From Mustelus asterias (Eukaryota), in assembly GCF_964213995.1 (NCBI RefSeq), contig NC_135808.1, positions 23,312,001 through 23,376,000 on the forward strand: a stretch of DNA of 64,000 bases, read 5' to 3'. The notes beneath the pieces were generated by a model. That model was not told where the DNA came from and searched no databases. It saw only the letters and a program-made list of their open reading frames with translations. Shown here piece after piece: positions 49,361-62,515 of this stretch. Each line of letters begins with the position of its first letter. Positions within the stretch are counted from its first letter, which is position 1. The position numbers and the translations under genes are program-made.

Positions 49361-49518
49361 CTGATTGGACCCGAAATAGGACTGGACCAATCAGAATAAA
49401 GAGATTCAGTGAGTCATCAGTCTCCGGCAGAATAGACACAAACAGGTTGAGAAACTGCCTCAATGTTGAGAACTGTCCAATCAGATAAATACAGCTGCTG
49501 ACATCATCAGTTGCCGGG
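49361..49518 (-). promoter_or_regulatory. Gene B promoter, two tandem X1-X2-Y modules plus CCAAT
   Basis: Distal CCCGGCAACTGATG-ATGTCA-14 nt-CTGATTGG (49477-49518); proximal GCCGGAGACTGATG-ACTCA-15 nt-CTGATTGG (49387-49428); CCAATCAG 49361-49368. Confidence 0.78.
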
Positions 49519-49776
49519 TAGAATCAGCTGAAAGGAGTTTGATCCAGTGACAGAGGGAAGGACATTAAGAACAGGAGCAGGTCTGAGCGAACCATTCAGT
49601 GAGATCACTGCTGATCTGGACCCCAGTTTCTGACTATAAACCATATCCTCAGATATCATTACCCAATAAAAATCTGTCACTCTGAGATTGAAAAGCTCCA
49701 ATTGTTAACTTTTTATTGTGGAGAGACTGGATGTGGATTCCACACTGCTGAATTATTTTAACATTATAAACAGATC

Positions 49777-50959
49777 GATCAAAGGCCTTTGACAAGGTGC
49801 CTCACGGGAGACTGCTGAGTAAAATAAGGGCCCATGGTATTCGAGGCAAGGTACTAACATGGATTGACGATTGGCTGTCAGACAGAAGGCAGAGAGTTGG
49901 GATAAAAGGTTCTTTCTCAGAATGGCAACCGGTGACAAGTGGTGTCCCGCAGGGTTCGGTGTTGGGGCCGCAGCTGTTCTCTTTATATATTAACGATCTA
50001 GATGACGGGACTGGGAGCATTCTGGCCAAGTTTGCCGATGATACAAAGATAGGTGGAGGGGCAGGTAGTATTGAGGAGGTGGGGAGGCTGCAGAAAGATT
50101 TGGACAGTTTAGGAGAGTGGTCCAAGAAGTGGCTGATGAAATTCAACGTGGGCAAGTGCGAGGTCGTACACTTTGGAAAAAAGAATAGAGGCATGGACTA
50201 TTTTCTAAACGGTGACAAAATTCATAATGCTAAAGTGCAAAGGGACTTGGGAGTCCTAGTCCAGGATTCTCTAAAGGTAAACTTGCAGGTTGAGTCCGTA
50301 ATTAAGAAAGCAAATGTAATGTTGTCATTTATCTCAAGAGGCTTGGAATACAAAAGCAGGGATGTACTTCTGAGGCTTTATAAAGCACTGGTTAGGCCCC
50401 ATTTGGAGTACTGTGAGCAATTTTGGGCCCCACACCTCAGGAAGGACATACTGGCACTGGAGCGGGTCCAGCGGAGATTCACACGGATGATCCCAGGAAT
50501 GGTAGGCCTGACATACGATGAACGTCTGAGGATCGTGGGATTATATTCATTGGAGTTTAGGAGGTTGAGGGGAGATCTGATAGAAACTTACAAGATAATG
50601 AACGGCTTAGATAGGATGGACGTAGGGAAGTTGTTTCCATTAACAGGGGAGACTAGGACGCGGGGGCACAGCCTTAGAATAAAAGGGAGTCACTTTAGAA
50701 CAGAGATGAGGAGAAATTTCTTCAGCCAGAGAGTGGTGGGTCTGTGGAATTCATTGCCACAGAGGGCTGTGGAGGCCGAGACGTTGAGCGTCTTCAAGAC
50801 AGAAATTGATAAATTCTTGATTTCTCGAGGAATTAAGGGCTATGGGGAGAGAGCGGGTAAATGGAGTTGAAATCAACCATGATTGAATGGTGGAGTGGAC
50901 TCGATGGGCCGAATGGCCTTACTTCCGCTCCTATGTCTTATGGTCTTATGGTCTTATGA
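49777..50959 (+). mobile_element. CR1 LINE 3' fragment (357-aa open RT C-terminus)
   Basis: GVPQGSVLGP, FADDTK, (TCTTATGG)n tail; empty site at ~30005. Confidence 0.94.
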
Positions 50960-52488
50960 TCAGATCACCCATCAACATTCTAAAAGCTGGGGAATAAAAA
51001 ACCCTTTTATTTAACCTCCTTTTATTATTCTGGTGATCAGAACTGCACCCCCTCCAAGACCAATCTCTCCTTCCTGAGGTGTGGTGTCCAGAACTGAACA
51101 CAGTGACTCCGAAAGTGTCTGACCAAGACTCTGTTAAACTGAAGCTTCACTTCCATCACTTTATATACCAGCCCCCTCCAGATAAAGTTCAATGTGCCCT
51201 TAGAGAGAATGGTGAAATGGGCAGATACAAATACAATGCAGAGAAGCGTTTTAAGTGATGCAGTTTGAAGGGAAGAAGATAAACAGGTAATCTAAACTGA
51301 ATGGGACGGCGATAAAGGGATTGTGGGAACAGAGAGACCTGAGTGAGTATGAGGCTGGCAGGAAGGTGTGATGAGGCTGTGAAAGAAGCATTTGGACCCC
51401 ATTGCTTTATAAATAGAAGCACAGATTACAAAAGCAAGGAGGTCACGCTGAACATTGATAAAATATTGATTCGATCTCAGCTGGAGAATTGTATCCGTTT
51501 CTGGTCACAATGTTTCAGGAAGGATGTCGAGGCCTTGGAGAGGGTGCAGAGGAAATTTGCTGAATTATTGGAGATGAGAAACTTCTGACTGACAGTAGGA
51601 CTAATCCAATGTGTTGGGACAATCATACCTTCCAAATATCTTGGAAAGACATTGCATTATCTGGTAATGGATGATGACCTCGCAATTTTTTTTAAGAAGG
51701 CCATAAGTTCTCCTTGGACAGGGAGCCAGCCTGTCTTCACCTGAGCTGTGTGGGACTTGAGGAAGAGATGTTTGTTTGTTCTGAACTGGAATCACTTTAA
51801 TTGATGGGGAATAAAACTGAAAAGTAAAGGCTAGTGATGTTCTGGAAATCACATGGCAGGGACAGAGTTTAAGTTTTGAACCTGTTGGTTTTGAAATCAG
51901 TCTCCTTGGGGAATAAGTTGAGAAATGGAGACGGCCCGACCTGATTCTCTCTCTACCTTGCCTCAAGTTGTGTCTGGTTCACTACTACCTGCCAGAGAAT
52001 CCTCATCTGAGTGTAACCTGTCTGCATTTTGGACCTGCAAAGCTGAAACAGGAAGAATTGGTCCAGATCCATATTCTCCTCCGCGCCAAAGCTCTGTTGG
52101 TGTGAAACGCCAGACATCCACTGGTCTTCACATGAGGGAACACCAGCACGACAGCATTGAACCCTTTCAATCTTTATCCTTTATTTTAAAAAGCCTATCC
52201 TCTGCATAGAGACCCAATGTCCTTGTTCTTTACTTGTACAGGAGTTGAGGGCAATGTATTTGCATGAATAGAGGATTAGCTAATGGACAGGAAACATTGA
52301 TTTGGCATAAATGGGGCATTTACAAGTTGGCCGACTGTGATTAGTGGAGTGTCACTAGGATCAGTGCTGGGACAATCAGTCATTGACAATCTTTATGTGT
52401 GACTCAGATGCAGAGACAGAATGTGATGGATCTAAATTTGGAGCAGCTACAAAGATAGGAAATGAGGAGAGATTGAGTCGGTTGGGAT

Positions 52489-53336
52489 TGTGACGTTAGT
52501 GTACTTTTGAGAAAGTTTTTTAAAAATCATGATCTCTGCAACTCTCACAGCTTCAATATTTTCTCAGCTCACAGCCTCAGGTAATGTCATTTGCTGCTGG
52601 TTTGATTGGAGATGTCCTTTTATTGCTACTTCAATTGTTTAAATGGGGTCTGTCTATTTTAACTCTGGGTTGTTTTGTGACCCTGCATTGCTAGGAGGAT
52701 GGACATGTGTTTTTGGACAGTTTTTTTTTCAGTGAGTTTAAGGTTTCATTTTCTGTTTGGCTGCAGGTAGAGTTGAGTTTCAGAAGGGGCAGCAAGCTGA
52801 AAGTCTCTCTCTCTCTCTCTCCCTGGTTTTGGAAATTCTGCTCGTAAACTGAAAGCCTTTCTGAAGGGGAGAAATCTGCTGTTGGTGGCTTGCCGAGAGT
52901 CCCTGGTGTTTGTGGAAGCTGTTCTGACTCCAAACTGTTCCGAGTCTATCCAGGGAACTGCAGACTTCATCCAAAGGACTCAAGTCCAGTATCACATGAG
53001 CATTAGACTGTGCTGTGTTAACCCTGTGAACAGGGTATTTTGTCTATGGGATTGGTTTGATTGGAACACATTAGATATATTTGTTGAGGATTATACATTA
53101 TAGTGATTGTTTTGTTTCTTGTTTGTAATTCATAAGAGTTCTTGCTCATTTTCTGACTGTACAGATTAACTATATTCTTAAATAAACTTTGTTTGATAAA
53201 AGCTCCCGAGTGGATCAATTGAATCATATCTGAAGGGAAGCCTATCATGTTATTCCGAGCCAAATTGATGATGCAAAACTTATGATCCAGGCGAGCTCCA
53301 TAAAACCCTTTCTAGTTTCTGACCTCAACCATAACA
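52489..53336 (+). mobile_element. Solo LTR (848 bp)
   Basis: TGTGAC...ATAACA, TSD GGAT; empty site at ~31094. Confidence 0.85.
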
Positions 53337-56004
53337 GGATTGTATTTGCTGGAGTTTAGAAGAATGAGGGGCATCTCATAGAAACCTATAAAATTGTAAC
53401 AGGAAGAGACAGAGCAAGTGCAGGAAGGATGGTGGGGGAGTCCAGAACCATGGGTTGTCCTCTAAAGATAAAGGGTAAACCATTGAGGACTGAGATGAAG
53501 AGAAATAACTTCACCCAGATAGTGGAAAGCCTGTGGAATTCATTACCACAACAAGCCATTGAGGCTAAAACATTGTTTATTTTCAAGAAGGAGGGGTGAA
53601 GGGGATCAATGGTGGAGACTGGATCAGGCTATTAAGTTGGAAGATCAGCCATGATGATAATGAATGGCAGAGCAGGATTGAAGGGCCGAATGGCCTACTC
53701 CTGTTCCTCTTTTCTATGTTTCTATGAAACGCAAACTGTATGGAGGACATGGAGAGAGCTGCAAAGTGATGTGGAGAAGTTAATCAAATGGGCTGCAAGG
53801 TGGTAGATGGAGTGTAATGTGGGTGGATGTGGGGGTTAGACTGTGTCTCCTGCCAACACAATATGGCCTTCTGCGAATTCGTACTGGTCCGTACGGATGT
53901 CACTCTGCGAAACCAGCCTGCTAGTAGCCCTTTACATTGAAGCAAGTCCAGCCTTCACTAAGAGCGTCCTACTTTGCTACACTGTGCAAAGAGAGGGCAG
54001 AGTGAGAGACAGAGTCAGAGTGAGCCTTCGTTGTGTGGCACAGATGATCAAACAAAGTATTGGTTCCAGGAAACCTTGTAAAGTCTGTCTCTTACCTAAA
54101 AAAGTTCTGTCGAAGAGGCAGTCTCATCTCTTTGTGATATTGTTTCGGAGACAAGCACAGTATTAATCTCACACTCAGCCTCTCTGACCTATTGAAATAT
54201 CTGCAGATTTGAAATGTTTTTTAAAGTTTATTTTAAAGTTATTTATTAGTCACAAGTATGCTTACATTAACACTGCAATGAAGTTGCTGTGAAAATCTCC
54301 TAGTTGCCACACTGCGGTGCATGTTCGGATACACTGAGGGAGAATTTAGCATGGCCAATGCACCTAAGCAGCACATTTTTCAGACTGTGGGAGGAAACCG
54401 GAGCACCCGGAGGAAACCCACGCAGACACGGGGAGAATGTGCAAACTCCGCACAGACAATGACCCAAAGCCGGAATTGAATCCGGGACCGTTGCGCAATG
54501 AGGCAGCAGTGCTAACCACTTGCCATCGTGCTGCCCATAACTGATTCTGTGTAAGGATATTTCTGAGACCAGAGCACATTGATTGACTTATTAATTCAGG
54601 TGAAATGAAGTCAAACAGTTTTGGCTGTGGGTTCAGTGAATACACATGTCATAATGACTGTGTCTTTGAGTTGAAATGTTCCTTCCTGTTTCACACAGTT
54701 GGAAAGCACTCAAACTGCCTGTATGTGGCAGAGGACACAGCTGTGGGGGCTATTCAACTTTGCGAGCAAGGATGGAAAAGTAGAACACTTCTTTTAAAAT
54801 GAGTCACTTGTATGCAGTCTACAAGGAACACAGAAACTCCTCCAGGTAGAATCATAGAGGGAGAATGTGCAAACTCCACATAGAGTCATGCAAACTCGGA
54901 TTGGACCCGGGTCCCTGGTGCTGTGAGCCAGCAATGTGCCACCGTGCCACGCCTTTAAAGCACAACCAGAAAAGCAAATGGTACTTTGGTCTTTATTGTA
55001 AAGGGATTACAGAACAGAATAAATCAGCCTTGTGACAAATGTACACACCATTGTTAACACCACACCTGTAATTTGTGTCAGTGTTTTTCTGGCAGATGTA
55101 CAGAGAATGTTTATTTGGAATGATTGGGATTTGTTTTATGAGAGTAAGTTGAGCAGGTTGGGGATTTATTCATTGGAGTTCAGAACAATGAGAGGTAATC
55201 TCACTGGAAAAGGTTAGACTCTGACAGGGCTTGATAGGGTCGATAGTGAAAGATTCTTTCTGTTGATGAGCAATAAAACATGAGGGCAAAGCCTCAGGGT
55301 AAGAGGTGAATCATTTAAGATGAGGAGAAATTTCTTCACTCAAAGGGTTGTGAACCTTTGATTCTCTATCCCAGAGAATTGTGGATGCTTCATTCCTGAA
55401 GATATTGAAGAGAGACAGATTTGTGGTGTCTCAGGGAATGGAGGTGTCCAGAGAGTAGGACTGAAATTGAGATGAGGCAGAAGATTAGCCATGATTGTGT
55501 TGAATGATGGGACAGTCTCATGAGGATGAACAGTCTATTCCTGCTGTTATCCCTCATGTTCTCTACTGACTGAGGTTAATATCTAACCCCGGCACTCCCT
55601 GCTCACACCCCATCATCGATCGAAATCACTGCACACAGAGGGACCAGCACATTCCGTTCAAAAATTGTTGCTTCCTTCACCAGGTTGGGACGGGAAATCT
55701 ATGGAAAAACTTTTCCGAGTGTCTCCCAGCTGCACCCTGTACTGATTCTGTCACTCTCAGTCTGAGCTGTGTCCTGTACTGATACTGTCCCTCTCAGTCT
55801 GAGCTGTGTCCTGTACTGATTCTGTCCCTCTCAGTCTGAGCTGTGTCCTGTACTGCTACTGTCCCTCTCAGTCTGAGCTGTGTCCTGTACTGATACTGTC
55901 CCTCTCAGTCTGTGAGCTGTGTCCTGTACTGCTACTGTCCCTCTCATTCTGAGCTGTGTCCTGTACTGATACTGTCCCTCTCAGTCTGAGCTGTGTCGTG
56001 TCCT

Positions 56005-57160
56005 GATAAGGTTTGATAAGGTTCACCATGGTAGGCTTCTGCAGAAAATGCAGATGTATGGGATTGGGGGTGATCTAGGAAATTGGATCAGGAATTGGCT
56101 AGCGGATAGGAAACAGAGGGTGGTGGTTGATAGTAAATATTCATCATGGAGTGCGGTTACAAGTGGTGTACCTCAGGGATCTGTTTTGGGGCCACTGCTG
56201 TTTGTAATATTTATTAATGATCTGGATGAGGGTATAGTTGGGTGGATTAGCAAATTTGCTGATGACACCAAAGTCGGTGGTGTGGTAGACAGTGAGGAAG
56301 GGTGTCGTAGTTTGCAGGAAGACTTAGACAGGTTGCAAAGTTGGGCCGAGAGGTGGCGGATGGAGTTTAATGCGGAGAAGTGTGAGGTAATTCACTTTGG
56401 TAGGAATAACAGATGTGTTGAGTATAGGGCTAACGGGAGGACTTTGAATAGTGTGGAGGAGCAGAGGGATCTAGGTGTATGTGTGCATAGATCCCTGAAA
56501 GTTGGGAATCAAGTAGATAAGGTTGTTAAGAAGGCATATGGTGTCTTGGCGTTTATTGGTAGGGGGATTGAATTTAGGAGTCGTAGCGTTATGTTGCAAC
56601 TGTACACAACTCTGGTGCGGCCGCACTTGGAGTACTGTGTGCAGTTCTGGTCCCCACATTACAGGAAGGATGTGGAGGCTTTGGAGAGGGTGCAGAGGAG
56701 GTTTACCAGGATGTTGCCTGGTATGGAGGGGAGATCCTATGAGGAGAGGCTGAGGGATTTGGGATTGTTTTCGCTGGAAAGGCGGCGGCTAAGAGGGGAT
56801 CTTATTGAAACATATAAGATGATTAGAGGTTTAGATAGGGTGGATAGTGATAGCCTTTTTCCTCTGATGGAGAAATCCAGCACGAGGGGGCATGGCTTTA
56901 AATTGAGGGGGGGTAGTTATAGAACCGATGTCAGGGGTAGGTTCTTTACCCAGAGGGTGGTGAGGGATTGGAATGCCCTGCCAGCATCAGTAGTAAATGC
57001 GCCTAGTTTGGGGGCGTTTAAGAGATCCGTAGATAGGTTCATGGACGAAAAGAAATTGGTTTAGGTTGGAGGGTCACAGTTTTTTTTTTAACTGGTCGGT
57101 GCAACATCGTGGGCCGAAGGGCCTGTTCTGCGCTGTAATGTTCTATGTTCTATGTTCTAT
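56005..57160 (+). mobile_element. CR1 LINE 3' fragment (338-aa open RT C-terminus)
   Basis: RT motifs and (TTCTATG)n tail. Confidence 0.94.
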
Positions 57161-57366
57161 GATATCAAACCCTGTTCCTGTTTAATTATGTAAATAGTAA
57201 CTGGACACCAAATACCATTGAAGAATTCAGGGCCGCAATTCTCCCAAAAAAGTTCTAAGTTTGGACTTTGCGGGAAAACTGGTGCAAATCACTCCAGTTT
57301 TTTCAGTGCAACTTCACACTTGACTCTCCCACACTCTGTGCAATGCAGAGGTCTCAATCGGGAATG

Positions 57367-57855
57367 GGGCGGCACGGTAGCACAGTGGTTAGCACTGCTG
57401 CTTCACAGCAAGAAGTTTAACAACACCAGGTTAAAGTCCAACAGGTTTATTTGGTAGCAAAAGCCACCAAATAAACCTGTTGGACTTTAACCTGGTGTTG
57501 TTAAACTTCTTACTGTGTTTACCCCAGTCCAACGCCGGCATCTCCACATCATGACTACCATAGGCTTCACAGCTCCAGGGTCTCGGGTTCGATTCCCAGC
57601 TTGGGTCACTGTCTGTGTGGAGTTTGCACATTCTCCTCGTGTCTGCGTGGGTTTCCTCCGGGTGCTCCGGTTTCCTCCCACAGTCCAAAGATGTGCGGGT
57701 TAGGTTGATTGGCCAGGTTAAAAATTGCCCCTTGGGATGCGTAGGTTAGAGGGATTAGTGGGTAAATATGTGGGGGTAGGGCCTGGGTGGGATTGTGGTC
57801 GGTGCAGACTCGATGGGCCGAATGGCCTCCTTCTGCACTGTAGGGTTTCTATATC
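57367..57855 (+). mobile_element. HE1-like SINE interrupted by Penelope fragment
   Basis: SINE consensus resumes after the TSD at 57564. Confidence 0.85.
57410..57563. mobile_element. Penelope terminal-repeat fold-back insertion inside a SINE
   Basis: 46-bp perfect inverted repeat 57410-57455/57466-57511 homologous to 24064-24110; TSD GCTTCACAGC 57400-57409/57564-57573. Confidence 0.8.
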
Positions 57856-60800
57856 ATGAAAAGCTCGGGGGGGCGGGGCACAGTCACAGACAATTCCGGA
57901 ACTCTACACATGCGCAGTGGCCCCTATCTGTCATTCTCCCAATCACTGGCTATCCCGGGACCCTGGCAGTGCTGCCCCTCCAGCTGATGTTCCCCTCCAG
58001 CAGTGATGATAACCCCACCCCAGCAGACCTCCTCCCCAGCACACCCCCCAGGCTGATCCCTCAGGCCACCCTGATCGCAAACCTCCCTCTGGTCTCCCTC
58101 ACGGCTCAGATGGTGCTGCATATCTGACGCGAGGAGATGTGCGCACGGCGGAACGCATGCGCAAATCCCGTGAGTCGAACGACACGCAATTCTCTCAACC
58201 TGCTGTGCTAAACATTAGTGTGGCGGGATGGGAGAATCACTCCCCCCGGGATACACACAGGACACAGCTTGTCGAGTCCTGTTTGAAAAGTTACTGTGTT
58301 TGTTCAGGAAGGAATTGATTTGAAAAAGTGAAGAGTTGATCGGGCAGAGTTAAATTGAAAGGTAAAATGGTGCACAAAGAAACAGTATTTGGAGATTTGA
58401 TGCTTGGATCAGAGTCGGGAGATTGGAATGTTTGGGAGAAAGTCGACAGGAAGAAACAAATAGTGAGAGATCACGGAGATGTGAGACCAAAGATTAGATT
58501 ATTGAATCAGGATGAAGAAATGGATCTCGCTGCTTTTCAGAAATGGGCTGTTGATGTCTGGTTGGTGGAATATCAGAAGGTTAGAAAAATGAAATTGAAG
58601 AAACTCACAATAAAGTTTAAAATACTGTGTGAACAACCGGGTTGTTTATGTTCAGAGATATCCTGATTTGTAAACAAACTGTTCCTTTTACTAAATGAAT
58701 ATTCCTCCATTCTGTGCACAGATCTAAAGGATGTGAAGCAACCTGTGTCCATGTGGGTGACACGGTGGCACAGTAGTTGGCGCTGCTGCCTCACTATACC
58801 AGGGATCAAGGTTCAATTCTGGCTATGGCCAACTGTCAATTTGGATAAGATGCTCTTTTGGAGAATCAGCATGGAGGTGATGAGCTAAATGGCCTCCTTC
58901 TGCACTGTAGGAATTCTGTGGATTCTATGTGATGCAAGAGGTGAACAAAATTCAGGCTTACGCTGATAAGTGGACGATTACATTCACACCCACAAGTGCC
59001 AGGCAATGGCCATCTCTAACATTAGTGAAGCTAACTATCTCTCCTTGACATTTGGAGTTACAGAATTGTTCTGGTGTTGACAGGCTATTTGGCCCATTGT
59101 CCTATAATTTTCAAGTTGAAGAAGTTTGTAGAAGTTTTGGAATTGAAACATACTCTGTTGGAAACTCCGCCCTCTGTAGTTGCAATGTAACAATCTTCAA
59201 TGTTTCCTTTTCTGTTATTTGTGAAACGAGGTTTTCCCTTAGTTTCAACAACAGACATTAGTGAAGAAAGAAGATGTGATGGAATTTATTTTATCCCCTT
59301 TTAAAAGACACGTTTTTAATGTTGAAAAGATCCAGAGTGAAACTTGAAGTGATGTGAGAAAGAATTGTGTGTACAGATGTGTGTGTGTAAACTCCCTGTT
59401 AGTGAATGAGGAAAGGCTGTGTGAATGCTCTGCATTGCTGTTCCTTTAGGCCAGCTCCAACTCTGATGTTTTTTCCTGAAAATGGTTAGGTCTAAAGGGG
59501 GAGAACAGTTTAAAAGTTTTTAAACTGGGAGCTTGTTGCCGCTACAATGAAACTCTGTTGAAACGGGTGAAACATGCGAGATTTCTAATCCAGATACAAA
59601 TTCACATCTGTCAGAGTGGGGTCGTTTTTTTAAAGCTTTGATGGTGTAACTTCGAATTCAGGAGCTGAATTTAAGGTGATTGCTCATGGATTATTCTTGT
59701 GTTTAAAATCTTCATAAAAATGACCCTGGGGAACATTTGGCACGTTATCTTCTAATCCATTTTTCTCCAAGGTTTTTATTCGGAAGTATCCAGTTTGAAA
59801 TGGTGAATCCACAAGACATGAAGAAATATCTTTGTTCTGCTGAAACCGCCATTACTCTGAGAACATTGTAACCCAGTCACTTTTTAAAATCGCGGTGACA
59901 GTGAATTCCTTCACCGAACGTGTTCTAATTTAGAATTAACCCATTCAGCTCCAAGCAGAATAAACCTTTTCTGTTGTTTTAATAAAACACACACACACAC
60001 GTAACAATTGTGTCCAATACTGCAAAGTGTAACAATATTTCCAACAGTGACAAGAATTGGAAACTTATCTGCAGCTCCAAATGTCAGATCGCGGTGACAG
60101 TTTGATACAAAGGCTCTGATATTTCAATAATGTTTGTTATTTCCCCAGACAGAGTGCTTGGGAAGGGGGGATGTGACATAAACACACTCACTAATGAATA
60201 ACAGACATTAAAAGAAAAAATCAGGAAAGGGCAGAAGATATTGGAATTCATGAGTTCAATACAGATGAGATTCGCTCCCGATTTCTCACACATTGCGGCG
60301 CGAGGCTGAATAAAATACTTGACTACATTCAAAACCTGTTATGAACAAAATGAGCGAGCCCGCGGCGCAATCATCTGGGCTCTCGTCTCTGTGGCCTCAC
60401 GGGAGAGGTTCACTCCAGCGAGAATCACAACAGGGACCAGACCCGATGCCTCGCTAGTGGATCCAGAAGCCATTGAAGCCACCCCGAGAAGTTGGGGGGA
60501 GTGCCTTGCGGACAGTGCCAGCCTGGTATCTTGGAAGTGCCCACCAGGCAGTGGGAGTGGGAAGGGTGTGGAGCCTGATGATTTGGAGGGGGGCTCTACT
60601 GGGGTGGGACCAACCTGTGGTGATGGGGGCCGGGGGGGGGGGGGGGGCGGTGCGCTGCACGCTATGCATTTGCAATTTGGGGTGTGAGCGGGCTACTGCC
60701 ACTAAGTATTTGCCATCAGTGAGGGAAGTAGTGGGGGCTACTGCATTGCGATCGGTGGTGGGATGGACAGGGAAAGTGGGTCCGAATTGGGGGGAGGGGG

Positions 60801-62401
60801 GTCACGGGGTTCAATCTGTCCCAGAGGCGCGGTTTGGTCTGTCCGGGCATGTAGGGGGTCACGGGGTCAATTGGTCCGACCATCAGGGTTCCATTAGGCA
60901 GCTGGGGAGTCCGTGTTTAGGCCATGGAGGTCTGGTGAAAGCAGCAGAGGCTGACTGACAGGTCTCTCTGTCGCTCAGAGCAGAGGGATCTGCACATGCG
61001 CAATGGTGTCCTCTGATGCTTTCAGGCAGCATTCTGGTTATTTAAGATCTGCCCCCTCCCCCGACAAGGGTGAGAAACAAGTGCATAAGATTGTAGATTT
61101 GGAGTTGCCAAAAGGCGGATCAGAAACTCTCCCATTTTCATGCTCTTTCTGGACAGAGAATTTTTTTCATAAGATCGTCCTCCAGTGACTGTGCAGAATA
61201 AACAGCTCAGATCAGAATAGCTTAGAAAGTGCAGCTCCAGAAAAAGCAATTACTTCCTAACCATCATCACAGTTCCATTTAAACAGAATCACAAATGTGG
61301 AGCTTGAATCAGTCGGTCGCTGTCACCTTGATGAAATCACATCTTCCCTCATTCTCTCATCCTCTCCTGCTGCTGTTCTTGGGAACTGGTGTTCCTGGAT
61401 TACAAACCCTGGAATGCACTGGAGGGCACTGGGGATGAGAAAGAAAAACTGAGGCAAAGCCAGCAGAGCTGGAACACACCCAACAAAACCCATCAGACCT
61501 CCACAAAAAACAGCAGCAAAATCCATCAGACCCCTCACGCCTAATAATGCAGAAACCTGGAAGAGATACAGAGAGAGGAATACTGGGAAAGGAGAGGGGG
61601 CACGACAAAATACTGGCAAGAAAAATCAAGGAACCTCCAAGGATGTTCTTTAAGTACCTGAAGAGAAAAGGATAAGGAAAGAGTAAGGCCTGGTGGAGAC
61701 CAATAAGATAGTCTGTGAGAGAGGAGGGAGAATGTGTTGAGGTTGTGAATAAATACATTGCCACTGTCTTTGGGAAACAGGGAGCAATGCTGATATTGCA
61801 CTTAAAGAAGAAGTGTGTGAATTACTGCATCAGATAAACATTGTAAGAGATGATGTATTCAGGGATTTTATAACTTTGAAAGATGGTAAATCACCGGGTT
61901 AAAAGAAGCAAAGGAGGGAATTGCAGAGGCTCTGATCATCAGAATCATTCCTCCCGGGTTACAGGAGTGTGGAAGAAGATTAAATGACTGCCAACATTAC
62001 ACCATGGATTGAAAAGAGAAGGGGCAATCTGAGTAATTATACACCAGTTAGTGTAACTTCGGCAGTGGGAACATTGTTGGAACCAATTATGGGGAACGGT
62101 ACAAACCTTCATCGAGAAAGGCACAGATTAGTCGAGGAAAGTTAGCGTGGATTTAAGGGGAGCTCATCTCAAGCTTTCTGACTGAAAATTTGGAAGAGGT
62201 GAGAAGGAGGGTTGATGAGGGCAGTGAGGTGGACATGGTCAACATGCATTTTAATCATGCTTTGGACAAGGTCCCACATGGCAGGCTGGTCAGAAATGTA
62301 AAACTCATCGAGATCCAAGAGACATTGACAAATCAGACCCCAAATTAGCTCAGTGGCAGGAAGCAAAGGGTTAAGGGGTTGATTGCGACTAGAATGATGT
62401 C

Positions 62402-62515
62402 CATGATGTGGAGATGCCGGCGTTGGACTGACCATCACTCATCTGACGAAGGAGCAGTTCTCCGAAAGCTCGTGATTCCGAGTTGGATTTTACCCTGATG
62501 TTGAGAGACTTCTCA
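62402..62515 (+). mobile_element. Short Penelope terminal-repeat fragment with hammerhead core (62443-62476)
   Basis: CTGACGA-AGGAG-CAGTT-CTCC-GAAA-GCTC-GTGAT, followed by sequence similar to 24076-24110. Confidence 0.75.

Noticed and set aside
49797-50870. Long open RT ORFs as host genes (also 56048-57064, 26531-27556)
   Set aside because: 5'-truncated CR1 ORF2 ends with microsatellite tails; young insertions, not domesticated genes.
57229-58250. Possible MITE with imperfect terminal inverted repeats (similar GC-rich elements at ~8360-9240 and 60260-61140)
   Set aside because: Only short imperfect ATTCTCCCA/TGGGAGAAT match and no clear TSD; boundaries cannot be supported.
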